Assembly (NCBI GenBank): GCA_029245395.1 | Contig: JAQWPL010000024.1 | Span: 90,887-154,886, forward strand | Origin: Gammaproteobacteria bacterium | Lineage (GTDB): Bacteria > Pseudomonadota > Gammaproteobacteria > Pseudomonadales > Pseudohongiellaceae | DNA length: 64,000 nt | Direction: 5' to 3' | Shown: piece after piece, positions 9,211-19,433 of the stretch | Numbering within the stretch: position 1 is the first letter of the stretch | Layout of the letters: each line of letters opens with the position of its first letter | The notes under the pieces: model-generated | Database searches by the model: none | What the model was told of the DNA's origin: nothing | Seen by the model: only the letters and a program-made list of their open reading frames with translations | Translations under genes and position numbers: made by a program

Positions 9211-12200
9211 ATGAATAGCCGGACTCCCGGAGTAACTGTCTTAAACAATGAGGCAGAACCCCGCATAAAAGTGGCAGATCAAGCCACAATCGACGGCTGT
9301 GAAGCCGTGGCTCGTGTGGCCTACAAGGTCAATGAAGTCTGTATTATCTATCCAATTACCCCTGCCTCACCCATGGGTGAATATGCTGATCAATGGGCTG
9401 CGCAAGGAAAAACCAATATTTGGGGCGTAGTTCCTGATGTAGTTCAAATGCAGAGTGAGGCCGGCGCAGCAGGATCCGTGCATGGCGCGCTACAAACCGG
9501 CTCGCTGACCACAACATTTACGGCCTCCCAGGGGCTACTACTGATGATCCCCAATATGTACAAGATTGCGGGTGAACTCACTTCCACAGTAGCTCATATT
9601 GCCTCGCGCTCCCTTGCTGCCCAGGCCTTGTCAATTTTCGGAGATCACCAGGATGTCATGGCTGCACGGCAGACTGGCTTTGCCATGTTGTGTTCCAATT
9701 CAGTGCAAGAAGCCCAGGATTTTGCTCTCATCAGCCAGGCCGCGACGCTTGAAAGCCGTGTTCCCTTTGTACATTTTTTCGACGGATTTAGAACGTCCCA
9801 TGAGATCAATACCATTGATCTGGTGGATGACGAACAAATAGAAGGAATGATAGATCATAAGCGAATTCATGAGCACCGTGCCCGCGCCCTGAATCCAGAA
9901 AATCCCTTCATACGCGGTACAGCACAGAATCCAGATACTTACTTCCAGGCCCGGGAGACTGTTAACCCGTTCTATAACGCTATACCTAAAATTGTGCAAG
10001 ACCATATGGACCGCTTTGCTGGTTTGACTGGCAGGGAATATCAGGTGTGTGAATATTTCGGTGCGCCGGATGCAGAGAGGGTGATTGTCACAATGGGTTC
10101 CTCTTGTGAAGTGGTCAAGGAAACGCTCGACTATCTGGTGCTTTCCGGAGAGACCAAGCTAGGTGTGATTATTCCTCGCCTTTACCGCCCATTCCCCGGA
10201 AAAATGCTGGCCAGCATGATTCCTGCTACCTGCAAGACTATCGCAGTGCTTGATCGCACCAAGGAGCCCGGTGCAGGAGGAGAGCCACTATATAAGGATG
10301 TGGTCACTGCCCTGTTCGAAGCCCATACAGACGGCGAACTGGCCTGTGAGAGTATGCCGGTGATAACCGGTGGTCGTTATGGTCTGTCTTCCAAGGACTT
10401 TACGCCCGCCATGGTCAAGGGTGTATTTGATGAACTTGCCAAAGAGCGCCCCAAAAACCATTTCACTGTGGGCATTATTGATGACGTGACTCATACCAAT
10501 ATTGACTACGATCCCACTTTCATCGTCGAGCAACCAGGCGTTTATTCCGCCATGTTCTACGGACAGGGTGGAGACGGCACAGTGGGTTCCAATAAGAACA
10601 CTGTGAAGATCATTGGCAAGGCCGGTTCTCTCCAATCCCAGGCCTTCTTTTATTACGATTCTAAGAAAGCCGGTTCCCAAACCATTTCCCATCTGCGTTT
10701 TGGCCCCCGCAAAATCGAAGCACCGTACTACATTCAAAAAGCTGATTTCGTCGCCTGTCACCTGTTCAGTTATCTCTCCAAAACTGATGTTCTGGAATAT
10801 GCTGCGCCAGGTGCCACCTTTCTGGTTAACAGTACCCATGGCCCCGATGAAATCTGGGACAAGTTGCCCCGTGAAGCGCAGCGGGACATCATCGACAAAC
10901 AATTAAAATTTTATGTGATCGACGCCTATAACGTGGCGGGTGAGGCAGGTCTGGGCAGGCGTCTGAGTACCGTGATGCAGGCTTGTTTCTTTGCTATTTC
11001 CAGCGTACTGCGGCCGGACGAGGCGATTAAGAAAATCAAGGAAGAAATTCACAATACCTTTATCAAGAAAGGCGAGAAAATTGTCGAGATGAATTACGTA
11101 GCAGTGGATATGGCGCTGGCAAATATGCACAGAGTGGAGGTGCCGCAATTAATTACCAGCCTCTTCGATATGCCGCCTCCCGTCAGGGTAGGAGCACCCG
11201 AATTCGTGCGCAACGTGGTCGGACCGCAGATCGCTGGTAAGGGCGATCAGTTACCTGTGAGCATGCTGCCTGTAGACGGCACCTATCCGTCCGGTACCAC
11301 GGCCTGGGAAGTGAGTGATCTCACCCTGGAAGTTCCGGTTTGGGAACCCGATATCTGTGCTCAATGCGGCAATTGCGAAATCGTTTGTCCGCATGCCGTA
11401 ATACGAATGAAAACCTATGAACAGGATTCTCTGGAAGAGGCACCCGATGCATTCAAGTCAGTCCGGCTCAAGGGTCGAGGCATCGACCCCGATCAGCGCT
11501 ATACCTTGCAGGTCGCAGTGGATAATTGCACAGGTTGCGGGCTCTGTGTGGCCGCCTGTCCTGTGGACAGTCATCCCGATAAGCCGGGCATGAAGGCCAT
11601 CAACATGGCCTTAAAAGATCCCATTGTTGACGAGGAAAGAGAATCCTGGGATTTCTTCCAGACTCTGCCCCAGCGTGAACGCGGTGACCTCACCGGAATG
11701 CGTATGCGTGAAACGCAACTTATGGAACCTTTATTTGAATTCTCCGGGGCATGTGCAGGCTGTGGTGAGACCCCTTACCTCAAGCTGTTGACTCAGCTTC
11801 ACGGCGATCAATTGTTTGTTGCCAATGCTACTGGATGCTCGTCAATATTCGGTGGCAATCAGCCAACAACACCCTGGTCCAAGAATGCCGCAGGGCGCGG
11901 TCCTGCCTGGTCCAACTCACTGTTTGAGGATGATGCTGAGTTTGGCTATGGCTTCCGCGTGAGTCTGGACAAATTGCGCGATTATGCGCGTATGGCTCTG
12001 AAAGATCTGGCACCAACTGTGGGTGAAGGCCTGGTCACTGAGATCCTGACGGCGTCTCAGGAAAGCGGTACGCAGCTTGAAGCCCAGCGCGATCGAATCG
12101 TAGAGCTACGCAAACGTTTGGTGGGTACTCCTGATCCCAGGGCGTTGGATTTGCATGCACTTGCCGATCACTTACTTGACCGAGTCGTGTGGATCGTCGG

Positions 12201-12828
12201 TGGTGACGGCTGGGCTTATGACATTGGCTTTGGTGGTCTTGACCATGTACTGGCCAATGATCGGGATGTCAATATTCTGGTTATGGATACCGAGGTGTAC
12301 TCCAACACTGGCGGGCAAAATTCGAAATCCACGCCACGCGCTGCAACGGCAAAATTTGCTACAGGAGGAAAATCTGTGGCAAAGAAAGACATGGGCATGT
12401 TGGCCATTGATTACGGTCATGTCTATGTGGCACAAATAGCCTTCGGTTCCGATCCGAAGCAGACAGTTCGTGCCATGCAGGAAGCGGCAGCGCACAAGGG
12501 ACCGTCAATCATCATTGCTTACGCCACCTGTATCGCCCATGGCTTCGATCTGACTTATACGGTTGAACACATGAGATCCGCGGTGGACAGTGGTTACTGG
12601 CCACTTTATCGCTATGATCCCAATCTCGCCAAGTTAGGTCGCAACCCCATGCAACTCGATTCGGGTGAGCCCAACATAACTTTCAAAGATTATGCCATGT
12701 CAGAGAATCGCTACCGTTCCCTGGCGCGGGCCAACCCGGAACATGCAGACGAGCTCATGGATCTGGCCGAGGCCGATGTACTCAAACGCTGGCAGGCAGT
12801 AAAGCGTCTGGCTCGGGGAGTTGAATAA
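9211..12828 (+). CDS. nifJ: Pyruvate:ferredoxin (flavodoxin) oxidoreductase, single-polypeptide type
   Basis: About 1200 aa. AIYPITPASPMGE..MQSEAGAAGSVHGALQTGSLTTTFTASQGLLLMIPNMYKIAGEL; two ferredoxin motifs CAQCGNCEIVCP and CTGCGLCVAACP; TPP region GGDGWAYDIGFGGLDH. ATG 9211 behind GAGGA; the track starts at TTG 9205. Confidence 0.95.
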   Translation: MNSRTPGVTVLNNEAEPRIKVADQATIDGCEAVARVAYKVNEVCIIYPITPASPMGEYADQWAAQGKTNIWGVVPDVVQMQSEAGAAGSVHGALQTGSLTTTFTASQGLLLMIPNMYKIAGELTSTVAHIASRSLAAQALSIFGDHQDVMAARQTGFAMLCSNSVQEAQDFALISQAATLESRVPFVHFFDGFRTSHEINTIDLVDDEQIEGMIDHKRIHEHRARALNPENPFIRGTAQNPDTYFQARETVNPFYNAIPKIVQDHMDRFAGLTGREYQVCEYFGAPDAERVIVTMGSSCEVVKETLDYLVLSGETKLGVIIPRLYRPFPGKMLASMIPATCKTIAVLDRTKEPGAGGEPLYKDVVTALFEAHTDGELACESMPVITGGRYGLSSKDFTPAMVKGVFDELAKERPKNHFTVGIIDDVTHTNIDYDPTFIVEQPGVYSAMFYGQGGDGTVGSNKNTVKIIGKAGSLQSQAFFYYDSKKAGSQTISHLRFGPRKIEAPYYIQKADFVACHLFSYLSKTDVLEYAAPGATFLVNSTHGPDEIWDKLPREAQRDIIDKQLKFYVIDAYNVAGEAGLGRRLSTVMQACFFAISSVLRPDEAIKKIKEEIHNTFIKKGEKIVEMNYVAVDMALANMHRVEVPQLITSLFDMPPPVRVGAPEFVRNVVGPQIAGKGDQLPVSMLPVDGTYPSGTTAWEVSDLTLEVPVWEPDICAQCGNCEIVCPHAVIRMKTYEQDSLEEAPDAFKSVRLKGRGIDPDQRYTLQVAVDNCTGCGLCVAACPVDSHPDKPGMKAINMALKDPIVDEERESWDFFQTLPQRERGDLTGMRMRETQLMEPLFEFSGACAGCGETPYLKLLTQLHGDQLFVANATGCSSIFGGNQPTTPWSKNAAGRGPAWSNSLFEDDAEFGYGFRVSLDKLRDYARMALKDLAPTVGEGLVTEILTASQESGTQLEAQRDRIVELRKRLVGTPDPRALDLHALADHLLDRVVWIVGGDGWAYDIGFGGLDHVLANDRDVNILVMDTEVYSNTGGQNSKSTPRAATAKFATGGKSVAKKDMGMLAIDYGHVYVAQIAFGSDPKQTVRAMQEAAAHKGPSIIIAYATCIAHGFDLTYTVEHMRSAVDSGYWPLYRYDPNLAKLGRNPMQLDSGEPNITFKDYAMSENRYRSLARANPEHADELMDLAEADVLKRWQAVKRLARGVE

Positions 12829-12830
12829 AG

Positions 12831-14660
12831 ATGGAAGCTAATAAGAAAGAAGTAGCACGAAACGGCAAAGCGATACCACAAGGGCCTAATCGCCAGCCGC
12901 ATTTCTCTTTGTCACAGGAGCTCGGTGTGGCAAACCAGCCCAAGGATATGGACTGGCTCGACAAAAACATTCCTTGCCAGGCTGCCTGTCCCGCCCATAC
13001 CCGGATTCCTGATTACCTGGGCGAAATAAGTCTTGGCAATTACGACGCCGCTTATTTAATCAATTTGGTCGACAACGTGTTCCCCGCCGTGTTGGGCCGT
13101 GTCTGTTCTCGCCCTTGTGAAGATGTCTGCCGCCATGGCCGCGAGGGGCTTGGCGAACCGGTTGCTATTTGTTTTTCAAAACGTGCAGCGGCGGACCTGG
13201 GTAGCAACAAACTTGTTGTACTTGAGCCACTGTATCCCGAGACCGGCAAAACTGTCGCTATTATCGGTGGAGGTCCTGCAGGGCTTGCCGCAGCCAGGGA
13301 ACTGGCTCTGTTCGGGCACAAGTCAACAGTGTTCGAAAAATATTCAATACCTGGTGGCATGATGAACCAGGGTATTCCCGAATTTCGACTGCCACGAGAA
13401 ACTATTGACAAGGAAATCGATCAGATCCGCGAGTTGGGTGTGGAGATTCTTTGCAACCAGAACATTGGCAAGGACGGCGACACCACTATAGAAGAACTTT
13501 TGAAGTCACACGATGCCGTTGTTATTGCCGCCGGGACACTGTCACCAAATATTCTCGATCTGCCTGGCAAAGACAAGGGTGGCATCCTGCATGGACTTGA
13601 TTTTCTCCTGGAAGCAAACGAAACCGGAAAATCTGATATCGGCAAGAATGTCATTGTTGTGGGAGGAGGATTTACCGCCATGGACTGCGCCCGAACAGCC
13701 ATCCGCCTGGGCTCTCCATCCAGTGTCTTTTACCGGCGTTCGCGCGATGAAATGTCAGTGACGAAAGATGAGATCGATGAACTCATCCATGAAAAAATTC
13801 CTCTTGAGCTCATGGTTGGTCCGGTCTCCTATAACGGCGACGGTGATGTCAACAGCATGCGTTTCATCCGCAACGAGCTTGGGGAACCAGACGAAGGTGG
13901 CCGGCGCCGTCCGGTGGCAGTTGAAGGTAGTGAATTTGATGTGGATGTTGACACCATACTACTGGCTACAGGCCAGTGGCAGGACACCACCTGGCTGGAT
14001 GCATCAGTTGCTCCCAACGTGCTTGATAAAGATGGCTGGATTCCAGGCGGTTCACCCGTTACTACCAATCATCCGGGATTATTCCTGGCGGGGGATTATT
14101 CCATCGGCGCTTCGACTTTGATCCAGGCTATTGGTCACGCCAAGGAATGTGCGCGTTCAGTAGATGAATACCTTATGGGCGAGACGCGTAAAATGGATGT
14201 TGCCCAGATTGGCAACTCGTTACAAACTGGCCGTGTGCCCGAAATGGACGACATTCCGCGGCAGATAATCCCTACCATTGCTATCGAAGATCGTACCCTG
14301 CGCGCTGAAGTGGAAACAGGTTATGATCCGGAACTTGCCACAAAGGAAACCTTGCGCTGCTATCTGTGCCATTACAAATTTGAGATAGACAACGACTATT
14401 GTATTTATTGTGAAAAATGTCTCGATGTGAAACCTCACGAAAACTGCATCGTGCGCATTGATGATCTGGACTACGATGATGAAGATCGTATCGCCGGCTA
14501 CACGCGAGCGAAGGATCCGACTCCATTCAAATACAATCTTCTTTACATAGACCAGGATCAGTGCACTCGCTGCGGTCGTTGTGAATCAGTCTGCCCCGTG
14601 GAATGTATTTCCATTCAGAAAGTGACAAGGGATGTGACACGCCCGTGCGATGTTGACTAG
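12831..14660 (+). CDS. GltD-like NAD(P)H-dependent FAD oxidoreductase with C-terminal 4Fe-4S ferredoxin domain
   Basis: N-terminal Fe-S cysteines (CQAACPAH, CSRPCEDVC); dinucleotide fold VAIIGGGPAGLAAA and a second VIVVGGGFTAMD; C-terminal CIYCEKC and CTRCGRCESVCP. Starts 2 nt after the PFOR stop. Confidence 0.8.
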   Translation: MEANKKEVARNGKAIPQGPNRQPHFSLSQELGVANQPKDMDWLDKNIPCQAACPAHTRIPDYLGEISLGNYDAAYLINLVDNVFPAVLGRVCSRPCEDVCRHGREGLGEPVAICFSKRAAADLGSNKLVVLEPLYPETGKTVAIIGGGPAGLAAARELALFGHKSTVFEKYSIPGGMMNQGIPEFRLPRETIDKEIDQIRELGVEILCNQNIGKDGDTTIEELLKSHDAVVIAAGTLSPNILDLPGKDKGGILHGLDFLLEANETGKSDIGKNVIVVGGGFTAMDCARTAIRLGSPSSVFYRRSRDEMSVTKDEIDELIHEKIPLELMVGPVSYNGDGDVNSMRFIRNELGEPDEGGRRRPVAVEGSEFDVDVDTILLATGQWQDTTWLDASVAPNVLDKDGWIPGGSPVTTNHPGLFLAGDYSIGASTLIQAIGHAKECARSVDEYLMGETRKMDVAQIGNSLQTGRVPEMDDIPRQIIPTIAIEDRTLRAEVETGYDPELATKETLRCYLCHYKFEIDNDYCIYCEKCLDVKPHENCIVRIDDLDYDDEDRIAGYTRAKDPTPFKYNLLYIDQDQCTRCGRCESVCPVECISIQKVTRDVTRPCDVD

Positions 14661-14696
14661 AATTGAGATAATAGCTGCTGTCTGGAAGGAAAAATA

Positions 14697-14718
14697 AAAG
14701 GGGCAAGAGTAACTTATT
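14697..14718 (+). repeat. REP-like hairpin repeat, copy a (AATAA-AGGGGCAAGAGTAAC-TTATT)
   Basis: Shares a conserved core with copies at 20758-20785, 45362-45384 and 48275-48301. The flanking stem differs but remains complementary. Confidence 0.6.
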
Positions 14719-14820
14719 AAAAAATAAATGGTCGTCTCACCAGGAATTAAGCCTGGGATAAACGGATTTTGAGTAGTTTGAGATTGATCTGGATCTAACT
14801 ACGATTTCCGTACCAATTCT

Positions 14821-15246
14821 TTACCTGGTTGGTGCCGCACCAACACCGTTAGAGCTCGCATTGAGTTCTGTGCCGTCGGGTAGCGTGATGGCACCACCGT
14901 TGGCCCGGTTCTCACCATCACGGGAACGATAGCCAAGGACGGTAACTTGCGTCCCGGTGGGCAGGGAGTTGCGATTCCAACCCCGTCGAATCAGTGCATT
15001 GGGGGCGCCGCCTTCAATTGCCCATTCCTGAACCTCACCACTTTCAGTGGTAACGTTGATATAAATGTAGGAATGCGGATTGGTAAATACCAGGCGTATG
15101 ACTTCACCTCGCAGTTGTATTGGCTGATTGATATCGAACTCAGACGAAAATGAATGGTGGGCAAAAACCGGAAACGTGGTTGCCATGCCTGACATAAAAA
15201 TTAGCACCATGATTTTTAATGCAGGAATGTTATCTATGCGTGGCAT
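14821..15246 (-). CDS. Secreted N-module protein (paralogue of 2879-3274)
   Basis: Signal peptide ending VFA then HHSFSSEFD; FTNPHSYIY; LIRRGWNRNSLPTGTQVTVLG. ATG 15246 behind AGAGGG; the track ORF extends to 15327 into the upstream gene. Confidence 0.8.
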   Translation of the reverse strand: MPRIDNIPALKIMVLIFMSGMATTFPVFAHHSFSSEFDINQPIQLRGEVIRLVFTNPHSYIYINVTTESGEVQEWAIEGGAPNALIRRGWNRNSLPTGTQVTVLGYRSRDGENRANGGAITLPDGTELNASSNGVGAAPTR

Positions 15247-15289
15247 CTTGTGACCCTCTTTAAAATTCTTTTTGGACTTCAAACCAGTG

Positions 15290-16120
15290 TTACTCAGAAA
15301 TCGGTTCTTCGCTTTCCAGATCTCCATACATTAGCTCTTCGGCATATTCCACACAGTTAAACTCAAACAGTCGTGCGTCTGCTTCGATATTTCTGTACAG
15401 CGGCATTTCTATGGTCCAGGGGCGTGAAAATGTCATGGGATCATCGATAGTCGCCTGGTATTGCAGGGTGTTTGCGCTGATCGGGGTATAGCGTTCAGTA
15501 ACTACCATGGCATAACTGTGATGATTACCAGCCCGGTCGAGCCATGTTTGATCAATAGTGGAATTGATTTCTATAACCAGGGTATCACCGTCCCAGGAAC
15601 CATTTGATCTACCCATCCATAAATCAACCGGTGCAATCTCATGGTCATCCTCATTCATATACACAGGACGATTTGCGTTCGCATACGTGTAGCTGAAAGT
15701 CATGATGTCGCCTTCACCTTGCACGATCTGGAATGGATAAGGCATGTACGTGGCGCGGGGGAGCCCTGGCATAAAACAACTGGCTTCAGGGTCGGAGGCT
15801 GGCCAGCCGCTACGGTTTTCTTCACGTTTTGCCAGGGCCTCTGGTAAATAGGGGATTTCACCACCAACAACAACACTTTGCCCGGCGGGTATGGCGGCTA
15901 TTGCGCCAAGTTGCCAGAAATCATCAAGAGCTTCAGCGGAATGTGCTTCCAGGTTCCAGTGGGCTGTATTGGCGGCCTGCCAGATACCATTCAGATTGGG
16001 TTTGCCGCCAATGCGTGCAGGGCGGTCACGTTCTTGTGCCACTGCAAAAGCTGAAAATAGTATCAGGGCAAGGACAGCCGCGAGAAAAGTAGCGAGATTT
16101 GGTAGCAGTCGTGGTTTCAT
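15290..16120 (-). CDS. Secreted C-module protein (paralogue of 3271-4044)
   Basis: Signal peptide MKPRLLPNLATFLAAVLALILFSAFAVA; GGKPNLNGIWQAA, SCFMPGLP, GRSNGSWDGDTLVIE, VTERYTPISANTLQYQATIDDP, EFNCVEY. Confidence 0.8.
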   Translation of the reverse strand: MKPRLLPNLATFLAAVLALILFSAFAVAQERDRPARIGGKPNLNGIWQAANTAHWNLEAHSAEALDDFWQLGAIAAIPAGQSVVVGGEIPYLPEALAKREENRSGWPASDPEASCFMPGLPRATYMPYPFQIVQGEGDIMTFSYTYANANRPVYMNEDDHEIAPVDLWMGRSNGSWDGDTLVIEINSTIDQTWLDRAGNHHSYAMVVTERYTPISANTLQYQATIDDPMTFSRPWTIEMPLYRNIEADARLFEFNCVEYAEELMYGDLESEEPISE

Positions 16121-16166
16121 CTGACCTATTATAGACACACATGGCACTTTTGGGGGAGTAGGAATC

Positions 16167-17351
16167 ATGGTCTTTCACTCTAGTAATAATTCCAGTATTA
16201 ATGGAACAAGTAAGGTCACAAAGAAATCCTGTACCGTTCTAGGACTAACCCTTTTATCTATGGGGCTTGCTGTTGCCCAGCAGGCTATTTCGCAGAATGA
16301 TGATGCCCTGGTTCCTGCTGAACGTACTGCTGCAGCCGTCGTCGATTCCAGTTGGGAAGTGCCACGTTTTTCCTGGGGAGATCCAAATCTGGAAGGTACC
16401 TTCACCAGTCGTGACATGAGCGGCATACCCATGGCAAGGCCCAGTCAATTTGGTACACGCGATACATTGAATGCGGAAGAATATCGACAACGTGCCGCCG
16501 GTGGTTCGGGAGGGCTTGGCTCATTACGAGGCGGAGATGAGTTTGAAGGAGAAGCGCGACTGCAACTCAGTGCACTGGATTCCTCTGAAGTCGGTACGCG
16601 TGTCTTTGGCTATACCTCTTATATCATTGATCCCGCCGATGGCCGGATGCCGGCCCTGACTCCAGAAGGCGAGCAGCGTCAGTCTGCAAATCGGCGAGGT
16701 CAGGCGGCGGGTCCATTTTTTACCACGGCAGACTTTTCCTACTATGACCGTTGCATCACGCGCGGTGTCACAGGGTCGATTATGCCCTCCCTATATGGCG
16801 ATGCCATGCGCATTGTGCAGTCACCCACTGAAGTCGCTATTACCTATGAGATGCTCCATGAGACACGGATTATTCCCCTTGGTGAGGGGGCTTTTCCTGA
16901 TGCGCAAATCAAACAATATATGGGTGCGTCCATTGGCCACTTTGAAGGCGACACCTTGGAGATTGAAACCCGAAATTTAACCGACAAACTAAGGGTTGGT
17001 CGCATGCCCCACAGTGAGGACGCGGTGCTTACGGAACGAATCACGCGCATTGATCCGGACATGATCAACTACTCTGTAACCGTAGACGACCCGAGAACCT
17101 TTGTGAGTCCCTGGACTTTTCGCATGACGCTGACTACACAACCAGACTACGAAGTACTCGAATATTCCTGTCATGAAGGAAATTTCTTTATAGCCACTGC
17201 ACTCAGAGCAGAAAAGAACTATCAGGACAGTGTAGCCCAGGCCCTTGCCCGCGGTGAGGCGATCCCCGAACGTAATGTTGCAGGCGGTGGTTCTGACATC
17301 TATCTGGCGCCATCATCCGCTGAGGCTGTGGATATCAATGCTGATCAATAG
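16167..17351 (+). CDS. Secreted C-module protein with an extended N-terminal region
   Basis: Divergent from 16120. WGDPNLEGTFTSRD, GASIGHFEGDTLEIETRN, LTERITRIDPDMINYSVTVDDP, EYSCHEGN. Confidence 0.8.
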   Translation: MVFHSSNNSSINGTSKVTKKSCTVLGLTLLSMGLAVAQQAISQNDDALVPAERTAAAVVDSSWEVPRFSWGDPNLEGTFTSRDMSGIPMARPSQFGTRDTLNAEEYRQRAAGGSGGLGSLRGGDEFEGEARLQLSALDSSEVGTRVFGYTSYIIDPADGRMPALTPEGEQRQSANRRGQAAGPFFTTADFSYYDRCITRGVTGSIMPSLYGDAMRIVQSPTEVAITYEMLHETRIIPLGEGAFPDAQIKQYMGASIGHFEGDTLEIETRNLTDKLRVGRMPHSEDAVLTERITRIDPDMINYSVTVDDPRTFVSPWTFRMTLTTQPDYEVLEYSCHEGNFFIATALRAEKNYQDSVAQALARGEAIPERNVAGGGSDIYLAPSSAEAVDINADQ

Positions 17352-18483
17352 GCATTGTCTGGATAAATTATCCAGAATAACCAGCATGCTATTGCTTGCT
17401 CTCCTGAGCGCAAACCCGGCAATGGCACACCATGGTTTTGGCCGCTTCGATCCCACTACAGAGATCCAAATTGAAGGAACCCTGACTGATCTCGAATTTG
17501 TGAACCCGCATTCCTATGTCTATTTTGAAACAGTTGCCTCTGATGGCGCTGTCATGGAAATGGGTTGTGAGATGCGTGCTGCCACTGTGCTACGTCGATC
17601 GGGCTGGTCTTCTGAACTCTTTATCGAGGGGGCACACATCGTCGTAAACGGCAATCCCCATCGTGACGATCCGTCTTCATGCTATGTAGAGACATTGGCC
17701 ATTGGCGAGGCGCCAACCCTTGAACGTTACCAGCAGCTCAATGAGGATGATTCCGCACAGAGACCTGAACGGGCATTACGTTTGTCCGATGGCACGCCAA
17801 ACATTTCCGGTGACTGGGCGCAGGAACAATACCTGATGGCTCAACCCAAGGCGGTGGGTGCACGTGGCGTGTTGGTACCCAAGACTATGGTAGAAAGCAT
17901 AGAGTCCGGAGAGATTGATTCAGGGCAAGCACCGGGTGCAGGGTGGGGCGCGCGTCCCGTGACCCTGACCGCAGCAGGTGAAGCGGCGGCAGAGGTGTTA
18001 CGTAATGAGCCGCCGGAAGAAAACCCGCGTGTCACTTGTCAGATTACCAGCATCCTCTTCGACTGGGTCTTCGATGGCCCCATCAATCGCATCAGCCGGG
18101 AAGGGGACAGTATAACCATCGAATATGGACGTGACCTGGTACGTACCATAGTCATGAACATGGATAGCCATCCTGCCAATATTGCATTGAGCAGAAGCGG
18201 GCATTCAATAGGCCGATGGGAAGACGATACTCTGATTGTGAATACTGTTGGCTTTTTACCAGGCAGACTTGCTGGTAACGTGCCCCACAGTGATCAATTG
18301 CATATCACTGAGCGTTTCACGTTACAAAGTGACCGGCTGAATCGGGTGGTATTACAGAGAGAGTTTCAGGCTGAGGATGCTGTTTACTTTACTGATTTGT
18401 ATTCTGGTAACGATAATGTCCTGCTTGCGGATGCGCCATTTGCTGTTGATGAATGCAAAGAACTTGCATTCGAATACAAATAA
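17338..18483 (+). CDS. Secreted fused N-module + C-module protein
   Basis: Signal ending AMA then HHGFGRFD; FVNPHSYVY; LRRSGWSSE. C-part: DGTPNISGDWAQE, GHSIGRWEDDTLIVNTVGF, ITERFTLQ, VDECKE. Overlaps the upstream stop by 14 nt; the track ORF starts at 17245. Confidence 0.75.
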   Translation: MLINRHCLDKLSRITSMLLLALLSANPAMAHHGFGRFDPTTEIQIEGTLTDLEFVNPHSYVYFETVASDGAVMEMGCEMRAATVLRRSGWSSELFIEGAHIVVNGNPHRDDPSSCYVETLAIGEAPTLERYQQLNEDDSAQRPERALRLSDGTPNISGDWAQEQYLMAQPKAVGARGVLVPKTMVESIESGEIDSGQAPGAGWGARPVTLTAAGEAAAEVLRNEPPEENPRVTCQITSILFDWVFDGPINRISREGDSITIEYGRDLVRTIVMNMDSHPANIALSRSGHSIGRWEDDTLIVNTVGFLPGRLAGNVPHSDQLHITERFTLQSDRLNRVVLQREFQAEDAVYFTDLYSGNDNVLLADAPFAVDECKELAFEYK

Positions 18484-19371
18484 ATGGGGGATAGACCACT
18501 GTTTTCCCTATTTTTCTCATTGCACTTAACACCAAAAAAACTCTGGTCTGTCTTCTTTTGTATTTGCCTTTTTTCAAAGGCAGGCATTATTTATGCACAA
18601 GTACCAGACTATGAAGCAGCCTTGTTGCATGAATTCAGTTCGTTAAATGCCAGGCAAGGGGTGGCCGTTAACGCGACGCATTTTTTTGTTGTTAACAATA
18701 CGCGTATTACCATGCATGACAAAAATTCCGGTGAAACCGTGGAACAATGGGATGGCGAATCAGTTACTAATAGCGCCAGATTGATTCACCTGGATAGCGG
18801 CATGGTCAAAGATGGCCTTCTTTATGCGGCTCATTCCAACTACCCCAATTCGCCAATGCGCAGTTCTATTGAAACCTGGAATGCCAACACACTGGAACAT
18901 GTCGGCTCTCACAGTTTTGGTGTCTTGCTGGGGTCATTGACCTGGCTGGACTTTCATCAGGATCACTGGTGGGCCACCTTTGCAAATTATGATCTGGTAC
19001 AACTGGGGAAAATTCAGCCCTATGGGACAACGGCGGCCACCACTTTGGTAAAAATGGATAATGATTTCACTATTCTCCAACAGTGGCTTTTCCCGGAAAT
19101 TCTCCACAGTCGTTTTACCCCGATGAGTAATTCTGGCGGCTCCTGGGGACCAGATGGTTTCCTTTATATAACTGGTCACGATCATCCTGAAGTGTATGTT
19201 CTACAAATACCTGAACAGAGTAGTGAGGTTCAATGGGTTGCAACAGTAAAGGTTCCTTGGATTGAAGGGCAGGGTATCGCCTGGGACCGCTCCACAGAGG
19301 AGCGCATTATGTGGGGGATATCGAGAAGTGAAGGAAAAGTATTCAGTTTTTCACTCCCGGAAATCAGGTAA
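18484..19371 (+). CDS. Hypothetical exported protein (possibly beta-propeller-like)
   Basis: ATG directly follows the TAA of the upstream gene. Hydrophobic N-terminus. I recognise no family motif. Confidence 0.6.
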   Translation: MGDRPLFSLFFSLHLTPKKLWSVFFCICLFSKAGIIYAQVPDYEAALLHEFSSLNARQGVAVNATHFFVVNNTRITMHDKNSGETVEQWDGESVTNSARLIHLDSGMVKDGLLYAAHSNYPNSPMRSSIETWNANTLEHVGSHSFGVLLGSLTWLDFHQDHWWATFANYDLVQLGKIQPYGTTAATTLVKMDNDFTILQQWLFPEILHSRFTPMSNSGGSWGPDGFLYITGHDHPEVYVLQIPEQSSEVQWVATVKVPWIEGQGIAWDRSTEERIMWGISRSEGKVFSFSLPEIR

Positions 19372-19433
19372 GTCAGGGAACCTTGTTCACATTTTAATTT
19401 ATATATTTAATTAAAGATTTGAATATCGAAATT

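Noticed and set aside
9092-9214. 40-codon hydrophobic ORF whose TGA overlaps the PFOR ATG (possible leader peptide)
   Set aside because: There is no Shine-Dalgarno sequence before its ATG and no independent support. It is kept only as a note.
10288-10902. 204-aa minus-strand ORF inside the PFOR gene
   Set aside because: It is antisense to an unambiguous, highly conserved coding region and has no recognisable features.
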